Assembly: GCA_027483445.1 (NCBI GenBank)
Contig: JAIXUS010000005.1
Span: 140,927 to 204,926 of the forward strand
Length of the DNA stretch: 64,000 nt
Direction of reading: 5' to 3'
From: Bacteroidota bacterium
Lineage (GTDB): Bacteria; Bacteroidota; Bacteroidia; M30B66
In this document: positions 1 through 8,484 of the stretch, piece after piece
Numbering within the stretch: position 1 is the first letter of the stretch
How the letters are laid out: each line of letters opens with the position of its first letter
Program-made: the position numbers and the translations under genes
Notes under the pieces: generated by a model
Databases searched by the model: none
What the model saw: only the letters and a program-made list of their open reading frames with translations
Told to the model about the DNA's origin: nothing

Positions 1-2667
1 GCCGCCTTCTCTGGTTCAGTTCCCGACACCCTGATTTACACTCCAAACAGCCCATATTCTGCAGTGAATCCTTTTGGAGTGGCTACAAGTTTAAATCGCT
101 CTACCGGAGAAATCGCATTTACGCCAAACATGACCGGTAATTTTGTTACGGTTGTTAAGGTGTCGGCATTCCGATGCGGAGTTTTAGTGGCCGAGATCTA
201 CAGAGAATTGCAAGTCGTCGTTATTGGTTGCGGAGCTAACAATCCGCCTTCAATAACTGCCCCATTTATCAACCCATCAACTGGCCTGCAAACCTCCTTC
301 ATCGATACTGTCATGGCTGGAGACTTGGTTAGCTTCAGTATCAATGGAACCGACAATGAGTTTTTACCTATCGGAGTTGCGCAATCTTTAAGAATTACTG
401 CATCAGGAGGACAATTTGGTGATGGATTTACATCTTCAACAAGCGGCTGTAGTAATCCGCCTTGCGCAACATTAAACCCTGCGCCACCGGTTGTTTTACC
501 CAATAATAGCTCGATAAATTTTAATTGGCAAACAACATGCGATCACGTAGCAATTAACGATGAATGTTTCGCAACCCAGAATACACATACGTTTGTTTTG
601 GCCTTTCAGGATGACTTTTGTCCTGCTCCATCCTATAATATAGCTACAATTACCATTGTGGTTACAGCGCCGCCAGTAACGAGTTCTCCTTCACTTCGCT
701 GTTTGGAAGTGTTGACTTCGGGCGATGTTCAACTAACCTGGGTTCCTCCATCTGACCCGGAAAATCAGTTTAATAGCTATCACATCTTTTCTGGCCCGGG
801 TCCTAATGGCCCGTTCACTGTGGTTGACAGCATTTTTAGTCTGGGCCAAAGCACGTACACACACGTTGGAGCCAATGCCAATGCTGGTTCCGTTTATTAT
901 TGTATTCGCACCCGCTCAGGTTGTGAAGGATTGGTTTTCTCGCCGGCTTTGGACACATTACAAACAATGTATCTCGCTGTAAATGATGGCGGTGCAGGCA
1001 ATATTAATTTAAACTGGAATGGATTGAGCTCCCCATTACCAGCTACAAGTCTGTTGCCTTATCGTATCGACAAAGATGTTTCGCCAAACCCGCCTGCATT
1101 TTGGCAGAATACTCAAATGTTATCGGCCAACGATTTTATGGTTGGGTGCACGCAGGATATTTTTTATCAGGTAAGCATTCCCGATGCTTCCGGTTGTATT
1201 TCCCGCTCGAATAGAAATGGCGGACCGTTTAGCAATGATGAACCACCCGATACGCCATTGCTGGATTCCGTTTCTGTCAATCCATTCAACAATCAAGTTG
1301 TGCTGGGCTGGCAAAGTTCGCCTTCACCAGATGTGGAGAGCTATATTCTTTATTCGGTAAACGGGGCCGATACTACTGTGATCGACACGGTTCCACTCAT
1401 GGATTTACAGGCCGTTTTATCAGGACTATTTCCACAGAATGGTTCTGTTTCCTTTGCGGTTTCAGCTTTGGATGAATGCGATGAGGAAAGTCCCCTTTCT
1501 CCCGTTCATTCAACGTTGTATTTAGAGTATGAATTGTTGGGTTGTTTGGGCAAGGTTGACCTACGGTGGAATAGCTACAATGCCTATCCACAGAGTGATT
1601 TAAGTTATGAGATATGGTCATCCGTGAACAACGGCCCATACGTACTGGCAGGAACTACGCAAGCCGGAGGCAATTTGGTAAGTTTTAGTTCTTCTAATTT
1701 GCTGCCTAACCAGCAGTATTGCTTTTTTGTGCGTGCACGTAGCCTTTCAAGCGGATTTTCGAGCACATCCAACCTTATCTGTTTTGAAGCTGATGTTCAG
1801 AATCTCCCCGATTTTTCTTATCTGCGTAGAGCTACAGTTATCGATAATAATACTGCGTATACCCGATGCTTGATTGATACCGCATCGGATATTGCATTTT
1901 ACAGAGTAGTGAGAGCGGTTTGGCCATTGGGTCAGCGCGATACGCTCGATTTTCAGCCTTTGCCTTTGGGTACAAATGAATTGGAATTTTGGGATGCCGG
2001 TGTAAATACATCCGAAAATAGCTACGAATATATTTTTGTATTAATCGATAAATGCAATCTTCCTTCGGGAGTGAGCAATCCGGGCAGAACTATATTGTTA
2101 TCCGGCATAGCCGGGGATGGCTTCGTGAATCGCCTTAACTGGAACAGCTATGGAGAATGGGACGCCGGTGTAAAGGAGTACACATTGTTCAGGTCGATCA
2201 ATAATGGTGGGAGTTTTATTCCATGGTTTACTTCTGAAAATGATACCCTGTTTAACGATAATGTCATCAACACCCTCGATACTACCCTCGACATTTGTTA
2301 CAGGGTAAGGGCCATCGAACTTCCGGGAAACAGTTTTAATGTACGCGATACCTCTTGGTCGAATGTGCTGTGTCTTCAGCAAAAGGCTACGGTATATGTA
2401 CCGAATGCATTTATTCCACAGGGAGCCGGCCAGAATACAACCTTCAAAGCCCAAGGATTGTATGAGCGCCTTGCCTTAAACCACCGCTTTGCTGTATTTA
2501 ACCGTTGGGGCGAAGAGATTTTCAGTACCAGCGATCCTAAGAAAGCGTGGGACGGGAAGTATAATTCTGCTTATGTGCCTTCAGGGGTCTATGTTTACCA
2601 CCTTGAGTTTGACCTTCCCGATGGATCCCGGGTAAATAAACGGGGGGCTGTAACTGTGATTGAGTAA
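1..2667 (+). CDS. T9SS type-B (gliding-motility-associated CTD) secreted protein with Ig/FN3-like domains; 5'-truncated by window edge
   Basis: Frame is open from base 1. The C-terminus YVPNAFIP..FNRWGEEIF..WDG..GVYVY matches the type-B CTD pattern. Repeated beta-sandwich segments (LTW, LNW, LGW, LRW) with Cys pairs. Confidence 0.85.
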   Translation, partial: AAFSGSVPDTLIYTPNSPYSAVNPFGVATSLNRSTGEIAFTPNMTGNFVTVVKVSAFRCGVLVAEIYRELQVVVIGCGANNPPSITAPFINPSTGLQTSFIDTVMAGDLVSFSINGTDNEFLPIGVAQSLRITASGGQFGDGFTSSTSGCSNPPCATLNPAPPVVLPNNSSINFNWQTTCDHVAINDECFATQNTHTFVLAFQDDFCPAPSYNIATITIVVTAPPVTSSPSLRCLEVLTSGDVQLTWVPPSDPENQFNSYHIFSGPGPNGPFTVVDSIFSLGQSTYTHVGANANAGSVYYCIRTRSGCEGLVFSPALDTLQTMYLAVNDGGAGNINLNWNGLSSPLPATSLLPYRIDKDVSPNPPAFWQNTQMLSANDFMVGCTQDIFYQVSIPDASGCISRSNRNGGPFSNDEPPDTPLLDSVSVNPFNNQVVLGWQSSPSPDVESYILYSVNGADTTVIDTVPLMDLQAVLSGLFPQNGSVSFAVSALDECDEESPLSPVHSTLYLEYELLGCLGKVDLRWNSYNAYPQSDLSYEIWSSVNNGPYVLAGTTQAGGNLVSFSSSNLLPNQQYCFFVRARSLSSGFSSTSNLICFEADVQNLPDFSYLRRATVIDNNTAYTRCLIDTASDIAFYRVVRAVWPLGQRDTLDFQPLPLGTNELEFWDAGVNTSENSYEYIFVLIDKCNLPSGVSNPGRTILLSGIAGDGFVNRLNWNSYGEWDAGVKEYTLFRSINNGGSFIPWFTSENDTLFNDNVINTLDTTLDICYRVRAIELPGNSFNVRDTSWSNVLCLQQKATVYVPNAFIPQGAGQNTTFKAQGLYERLALNHRFAVFNRWGEEIFSTSDPKKAWDGKYNSAYVPSGVYVYHLEFDLPDGSRVNKRGAVTVIE

Positions 2668-2725
2668 TTTATTTTGTTGGGAATCAATCATATCAATTGC
2701 TTTGGGATTTTTTTCTGAAAAACTA

Positions 2726-2755
2726 TTTGTGAGTTATTGTCTTTTACTACTTTTG
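2726..2755 (+). promoter_or_regulatory. Bacteroidota housekeeping promoter for tRNA-Gln
   Basis: TTTG (2726-2729), an 18-nt spacer, then TACTTTTG (2748-2755), 13 nt upstream of the tRNA; matches the TTTG/TAnnTTTG consensus. Confidence 0.7.
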
Positions 2756-2768
2756 CACACCACTAATC

Positions 2769-2844
2769 TGTCCGATGGTGTAACTGGCAACACGTCTGAT
2801 TTTGGTTCAGAAGAGTCTAGGTTCGACCCCTAGTCGGACAACCA
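2769..2844 (+). tRNA. tRNA-Gln(TTG), CCA encoded
   Basis: Acceptor stem TGTCCGA/TCGGACA, anticodon arm TCTGA-TTTTGGT-TCAGA, T-arm CTAGG-TTCGACC-CCTAG, 3' ACCA. Confidence 0.97.
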
Positions 2845-2870
2845 AGCTCCCCCCGCGGGAGCTTTTTTAT
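2844..2870 (+). terminator. Intrinsic terminator after tRNA-Gln
   Basis: AAGCTCCC/GGGAGCTT stem followed by a T tract. Confidence 0.85.
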
Positions 2871-2972
2871 TTTTACCCTATCAACACCACCCTCTGAAAA
2901 CTTTAGTCATTCGCTGTAGTCGATTGCGTTGAGTTTCCTATTTTCGTCGCCGAATCTGAATTTGCCCATACT

Positions 2973-5900
2973 ATGAAGTCGTATAAATTCCTGAATAATA
3001 CCCTTGGCTGGCTTACCTTTACCATTGCCCTGCTTACCTACGGAATGACCGTTGAGCCGACTGCCAGTTTCTGGGATTGCGGTGAGTTTATTGCGACAGC
3101 CTACAAATTACAGATTGGTCACCCTCCGGGAGCTCCCTTATTTATGATTATTGGTAGGGTGGCTACGCTTTTCGCTATGGGCGATACCACCAAGGTTGCT
3201 TACATGATGAACCTGCTGTCGGCCCTGGCCAGTGCGGGTTCCATTTTGTTCCTGTTTTGGACCATCACCCATTTGGCCAGAAAAATATTCACTTCGAAAG
3301 GTCAGGAGCTTACCCAAGGGACCTTAATTGCCATTTTTGGAAGTGGGCTTGTAGGAGCTTTGGCCTACACGTTTTCAGACACGTTTTGGTTTTCGGCGGT
3401 TGAAGGTGAAGTTTACGCGCTCTCCTCGTTTTTTACGGCTATCGTTTTTTGGGCAATGCTCAAGTGGGAAGAAGTGGCAGATCAACCTTATGCTGATCGG
3501 TATATTGTTTTAATTGCTTATCTGATGGGCCTTTCCATCGGTATTCACTTGCTTAACCTTCTTACCATTCCGGCACTTGCATACATATATTATTTCCGCA
3601 AGTTTAAAACTACCCGAGCCGGAGTCCTTGTCACTGCATTTGTGGGTATGCTATTATTAGGCTTTGTACAGTTCGCATTCATTCCTAAAGTGGTGGGAAC
3701 TGCGGCCCAATTTGAATTGCTGTTCACAAATACCCTTGGAATGGGCTTTGGCAGCGGCGCGGCAGCCTACATCGTGACACTCATTGTCCTCATAGTTTTA
3801 AGCATCCGGTTCATCAGTCAACGCAAGGAAGTTCCGGCATTCATCTCTTTGGCACTTCTGGTTTTACTGGTTTCTGGTTTAGCCTTAGGAATTATTGTTG
3901 GAGGCATTCTCGCGTACCTCATGTTGGTGCGCAAGAACAGCTTCGAATTGGCCCACCTCGCCACAGTGTGCATCATGGTCATGCTGATCGGGTATAGCAC
4001 TTATGGAATGATTGTCATCCGCTCATCTGCAGATACTCCGATGGATGAAAACAATCCTGAAAATGTGTTCACCCTCCTGAGTTATCTTAACCGCGAGCAA
4101 TATGGAACGCGTCCACTTGTATATGGACAATATTTTAACGCAAAAGTAGTTGACTATAAGCCGGGTAAGCCGGTTTACGCTCCCGACTATAAAAGCGGAA
4201 AGTATGTTGTAGTAGCTAAGCCTGAAGATACAGCTGAACCGGTTTACGATCCTGAATATTCTACTTTCTTTCCCCGGATGTGGAGCGGACAAAGTCAGCA
4301 CATTCGCGGATATAAATCGTGGGCCGACATTAAAGACACCAAGAAGAAGCCTACGTTTGCTCAGAATTTAAGGTTTTTCTTTACCTATCAGCTGGGCTTT
4401 ATGTACTTCCGCTATTTTGCCTGGAATTTTGTAGGCAGAACAAACGACGTACAAGGGCAAGGAAAGCCATCGTGGGAAGGAGGCTGGAAAAGTGGAATTG
4501 GCTTCTTCGATGATAGCCGATTGGGCACTCAAGACGATATGCCGGCATCGATGGCCGGTAACAAAGCCAATAATCAGTTTTACTTTCTGCCTCTGATTTT
4601 GGGTTTAATCGGACTCATTTATCAAATGAATCGGGCCAATAAAGATTTTTGGGTTGTGATGCTCTTCTTCTTTTTTACCGGAATTGCCATCATTTTATTC
4701 CTAAACCAGTATACCAATGAGCCCCGTGAGCGTGATTATGGCTTCGCAGGTTCGTTTTATGCCTTTTCCATTTGGATAGGATTGGGTGTTGCCGCGGTAT
4801 TTGATTTCCTCCGCAAGTTTGCTCCTGCTCCGGTTGTAGCCCTTGGAGCCACAGCACTTTGCCTGGTTGCTGTGCCAGGCTTAATGGCCAAAGGCGGATG
4901 GGATGACCATGATCGCTCACACCGATACACCGCCCGCGATTATGCGAGCAACTATCTGGAAAGCTGCGCCCCCAATGCCATTTTGTTCACCAATGGTGAT
5001 AACGACACCTTCCCGCTTTGGTACGCCCAGGAAGTCGAAGGCATACGCACTGATGTGCGCGTTGTTAACTTAAGTCTCCTGAATACCGATTGGTATATCG
5101 ATCAAATTAAACGTAAAGCCTACGATTCTGATGCCGTTCCTTTATCGTTCACACAAGACAAATACCGTCAAGGGAAACGAGAGCAAATCCTGATTATGGA
5201 TAAAGGCTTGCAAGGGCATCAAAACATCAAGGAAATGATTGAATTTGTGGCAAGTGATAACCCTGAATTCAAGTTTTCTTATGAAGGCCGGTCTTTCGAT
5301 TATTTCCCGTCCGATAAGTTTAGCATTCCGGTCGATTCAGCGGCTGTAGTTCAAAGTGGATTGGTGCCTCCTTCGATGGCCTCGCAAATTGTAAAAAGTG
5401 TTGATTTCACAATTGACCGCAATTATGTGTTAAAAGCCGAATTGATGATTCTCGATTTGTTGGCTACAAACAATTGGAAGCGACCTGTTTATTTTGCCAT
5501 TACAGTGGGTGATGACAGTTACCTTGGATTGCAGGATTACTTCCAACTTGAAGGTCTTGCTTACCGCCTTGTACCTGTGAAATCGCAAGCGCGAGGTCGT
5601 GGAGATGACTATGGAAGAGTGAATACCGGCTTGATGTACAAAAACATGATGGAGAAATTCAAGTGGGGAGGCGTAGAAAAGCGTGAAATCTACATGGATG
5701 AAAACAACCTGAGAATGACCATGAATCTTCGGAGCAATTTTGAGCGCCTCGCCAGCAGCCTCATAGAAGAAGGCAAACGCGATTCAGCGATTAAAGCCCT
5801 GGATCGTTGTTTTGAGGTGCTTCCTGAGAAAAATGTCCCTTACAACTTCTTTGTCATTCAACTTTCCGATGCTTACTACCGAGCTGGAGTAACCGACAAG

Positions 5901-6146
5901 CCCGACCAGATTATGACCAGGTACGCCGGCATCGTTGAAGCTGAACTTAAATACTACTTCAAACAGAAGCGGCCTATCCAGAAAGATTTTGAAGGCGAAA
6001 TTCAGCGAAATATGTCTATTTACAAGTATCTTTTAGATACCGCCAAGAAGAACAGACGTGATGCTTTAGTAGCCAAACTTCAGCCTATTTTCGATTCGTT
6101 GGAATCACAATATATGGCTGTGGCCGGTGAGGTAGTTTCGCAATAA
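2973..6146 (+). CDS. DUF2723 / TMEM260-like multi-pass membrane glycosyltransferase (GT-C type)
   Basis: N-terminal ASFWDCGEFI..GHPPGAP, WFSAVEGEVY, EPRERDY and FTNGDNDTFPLWY motifs; many TM helices; helical C-terminal region. Confidence 0.88.
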   Translation: MKSYKFLNNTLGWLTFTIALLTYGMTVEPTASFWDCGEFIATAYKLQIGHPPGAPLFMIIGRVATLFAMGDTTKVAYMMNLLSALASAGSILFLFWTITHLARKIFTSKGQELTQGTLIAIFGSGLVGALAYTFSDTFWFSAVEGEVYALSSFFTAIVFWAMLKWEEVADQPYADRYIVLIAYLMGLSIGIHLLNLLTIPALAYIYYFRKFKTTRAGVLVTAFVGMLLLGFVQFAFIPKVVGTAAQFELLFTNTLGMGFGSGAAAYIVTLIVLIVLSIRFISQRKEVPAFISLALLVLLVSGLALGIIVGGILAYLMLVRKNSFELAHLATVCIMVMLIGYSTYGMIVIRSSADTPMDENNPENVFTLLSYLNREQYGTRPLVYGQYFNAKVVDYKPGKPVYAPDYKSGKYVVVAKPEDTAEPVYDPEYSTFFPRMWSGQSQHIRGYKSWADIKDTKKKPTFAQNLRFFFTYQLGFMYFRYFAWNFVGRTNDVQGQGKPSWEGGWKSGIGFFDDSRLGTQDDMPASMAGNKANNQFYFLPLILGLIGLIYQMNRANKDFWVVMLFFFFTGIAIILFLNQYTNEPRERDYGFAGSFYAFSIWIGLGVAAVFDFLRKFAPAPVVALGATALCLVAVPGLMAKGGWDDHDRSHRYTARDYASNYLESCAPNAILFTNGDNDTFPLWYAQEVEGIRTDVRVVNLSLLNTDWYIDQIKRKAYDSDAVPLSFTQDKYRQGKREQILIMDKGLQGHQNIKEMIEFVASDNPEFKFSYEGRSFDYFPSDKFSIPVDSAAVVQSGLVPPSMASQIVKSVDFTIDRNYVLKAELMILDLLATNNWKRPVYFAITVGDDSYLGLQDYFQLEGLAYRLVPVKSQARGRGDDYGRVNTGLMYKNMMEKFKWGGVEKREIYMDENNLRMTMNLRSNFERLASSLIEEGKRDSAIKALDRCFEVLPEKNVPYNFFVIQLSDAYYRAGVTDKPDQIMTRYAGIVEAELKYYFKQKRPIQKDFEGEIQRNMSIYKYLLDTAKKNRRDALVAKLQPIFDSLESQYMAVAGEVVSQ

Positions 6147-6157
6147 GCAGCAATGCT

Positions 6158-6784
6158 ATGAATTTTTTTCAGCACCCCGGATTTTGGCTGAATTGGTATT
6201 ATCCGGGTGCTCTTTTTCGCCTTCCTGATAGCAAACGGAAAAGGCTTGTTCTCACATTCGACGATGGTCCTCAGCCTGGCGTAACCGATCGGGTTTTAGA
6301 TATCTTGAAAGAAGAACAAATACAGGCGATCTTTTTCTGCTTAGGCCGGCAAGTGAAAGCCTATCCGGAACTTTTTGCCCGAATTCAGCGCGAAGGCCAT
6401 TGGGTTGGAAACCATAGCTTCAGTCACTTGAATGGATTGAACACTGCGCTGGGCGAGTACATCGATGATGTTTCAGAAGCTTCGAATTGGATTTCATCTC
6501 CTTTTTTCAGACCGCCCTATGGGAAAATGAAGCGCTCGCAGTTTTTTAAACTTAAAAAGAGCTATCAGGTGATGCTGTGGGATGTCCTGGCCGTAGACTA
6601 TGAGCCAAATCGCAGTCCGGAACAGTGCGTTGACACGGTACTCAAATACAGCCGAAATGGCTCTGTGATTGTTTTTCACGATTCTCTCAAAGCCGCAGAC
6701 CGTGTTTTGGGTGCATTGAAGCCCAGCATTAAAGCCTTAAAATCCAAGGGTTTTGAATTTTGTCTTCCACCAATACCACACTGA
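6158..6784 (+). CDS. Polysaccharide deacetylase (CE4/NodB family)
   Basis: LTFDDGP, GNHSFSH, FRPPYG and IVFHD motifs. Confidence 0.93.
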   Translation: MNFFQHPGFWLNWYYPGALFRLPDSKRKRLVLTFDDGPQPGVTDRVLDILKEEQIQAIFFCLGRQVKAYPELFARIQREGHWVGNHSFSHLNGLNTALGEYIDDVSEASNWISSPFFRPPYGKMKRSQFFKLKKSYQVMLWDVLAVDYEPNRSPEQCVDTVLKYSRNGSVIVFHDSLKAADRVLGALKPSIKALKSKGFEFCLPPIPH

Positions 6785-6825
6785 CTTGAAGATTATTCGT
6801 TTCTTCGCCCCATCGCAACCCTTGT

Positions 6826-7977
6826 ATGGAATTGAATTTTGACGAAATACGTCCTTTTGAAGATCGTGAAGTGCAAGATGCACTGCAGCGACTTTCTTTA
6901 GAACCCGGATTTGATGAGGCATTGGCTTATGTTTTTCCTGAACTCGGAAGCGATGAGCTCAGGAAATTACTTAGCTCCATTCAGACGGTCGACGATTTTC
7001 AAACTAAGATTGTCGCGGGTGCCGTGGAGCGAATTTCTGACTTCACTACCAGCGGGCTTGAGATTTCCGGATTAGAGCAACTGAATCCAGGTCAGCCGTA
7101 TTTGTTTATCTCTAATCACCGCGATATCGTTTTAGATTCTGCGTTTATCAACTATATACTTCACCGCGAAGGATTCCCTACAACGCGCATCGCCATTGGG
7201 AATAATCTCCTACAGAAAAGTTGGATTACCGATTTGGTTAAATTAAATAAGAATTTCATCGTTCACAGGAATGTCGCTTCGCGGATGGCATATGACTATT
7301 CGCTACGTTTATCGAGCTATATTAAGCATAGTCTTGAAGTCGACAGATCTTCAGTTTGGATTGCCCAACGCGAAGGACGAACAAAAGATGGGATTGACAA
7401 GACTCAACCCGGATTGCTCAAGATGTTTACAATGGCCCACAATGTTGAGCCTTCGGAGGCTTTTGTAAATATGCATTTAGTACCCATTACACTGAGTTAT
7501 GAAAAAGAGCCATGTGCTGCACTTAAAGCTAAAGAGCTTTATTATAAGGCTTTTCATGGGTCATATACAAAGCAAGTTGGAGAAGATTTAACCTCTATGA
7601 AAATCGGTATTTCTTCCCCAAAGGGAAAAGTACATATCCATTTCGGAGAAGAAATTCAACCAATCAGAATTGCTGAATTCTTCGAGGGTTATAGTAAAAA
7701 CGACGGATTTAAGAATATGGCCGAAGCCATTGATGCAGTAATCCTTTCTGGGTTTAAATTAAGTCCATCAAACTTTATTGCTGCCGATTTATTAAAAGGT
7801 ACGGCCAATTGGGAAGCGCGATACAGTTCCCATCAGAAAGATCGATTTATTCGGGAAATGGATAAAGAGCTTGCTCAAATTGGTGATGGAAATCCTGAAT
7901 TAATTAAGCCTTTTTATTTGGAAATATACGCTAATCCCTTGCTCAATAAAGAAAAGTTAAACTTAAGTGTTAATTAA
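6826..7977 (+). CDS. Glycerol-3-phosphate/lysophospholipid acyltransferase (PlsC/PlsB-like)
   Basis: HxxxxD motif (NHRDIVLD) and WIAQREGRTKDG. Confidence 0.88.
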   Translation: MELNFDEIRPFEDREVQDALQRLSLEPGFDEALAYVFPELGSDELRKLLSSIQTVDDFQTKIVAGAVERISDFTTSGLEISGLEQLNPGQPYLFISNHRDIVLDSAFINYILHREGFPTTRIAIGNNLLQKSWITDLVKLNKNFIVHRNVASRMAYDYSLRLSSYIKHSLEVDRSSVWIAQREGRTKDGIDKTQPGLLKMFTMAHNVEPSEAFVNMHLVPITLSYEKEPCAALKAKELYYKAFHGSYTKQVGEDLTSMKIGISSPKGKVHIHFGEEIQPIRIAEFFEGYSKNDGFKNMAEAIDAVILSGFKLSPSNFIAADLLKGTANWEARYSSHQKDRFIREMDKELAQIGDGNPELIKPFYLEIYANPLLNKEKLNLSVN

Positions 7978-8018
7978 ACAACGCTTTTTCGTGTAGGGCT
8001 TTCAAGTTAAATTTAATC

Positions 8019-8055
8019 ATGAATTCTTAATGAAATAAGGAATTCATCATTTTTT
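8019..8055 (+). terminator. Possible AT-rich terminator between convergent genes
   Basis: Imperfect stem ATGAATTCTTA...TAAGGAATTCAT followed by a T tract. Confidence 0.4.
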
Positions 8056-8167
8056 AATTGTTCACATTTTTGTAATTGAAATCCTAATTTTTCCAACATC
8101 ATTGCTTTTTGAATAGAACTGAAAGGGAAAATTCATTTATATGTTAGGCTTTATCAGAGTCTTCGTT

Positions 8168-8425
8168 CTAAAATGAAGATTTAACCAAGTTTTTAGTCCA
8201 TTCTGCGTGAATCAATTCATACTCATGTTGATTGATTTTTTGAAATGTTTTTTCGGCCTGAAGCATTTCCTGAATTCTGACCTTATCGGGGTAAATCTTT
8301 GCTGTAAACTCTTCTTCGAAATAAAATCCCCCCATTTTTTTTAACTCTGTAAAGGTGTTTTCATCGGTGATTTTAAAATACACTTCGATATTTTCAATTT
8401 TTCGATAAGCAGGGAATTCCAACAT
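8168..8425 (-). CDS. Small hypothetical protein (85 aa), divergent from crtI
   Basis: ATG at 8425 gives MLEFPAYRKIENIEVYFKI.... It fills an otherwise empty gap and has globular-protein composition. The longer start at 8473 would overlap the crtI promoter. Confidence 0.6.
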   Translation of the reverse strand: MLEFPAYRKIENIEVYFKITDENTFTELKKMGGFYFEEEFTAKIYPDKVRIQEMLQAEKTFQKINQHEYELIHAEWTKNLVKSSF

Positions 8426-8426
8426 T

Positions 8427-8460
8427 TTTGTTTTCTGTGAACAAGGGTTGTTTAGCTTTG
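8427..8460 (+). promoter_or_regulatory. crtI promoter with overlapping inverted repeat (candidate operator)
   Basis: TTTG 8427-8430 and TAGCTTTG 8453-8460; TGAACAA-GGG-TTGTTTA at 8438-8454. Confidence 0.55.
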
Positions 8461-8484
8461 TTCCAACGTGCAAAATACATTTTC

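Noticed and set aside
2769..2972. tRNA-Gln as an integration site for a genomic island
   Set aside because: No integrase and no duplicated tRNA 3' end in the window; housekeeping-type genes follow.
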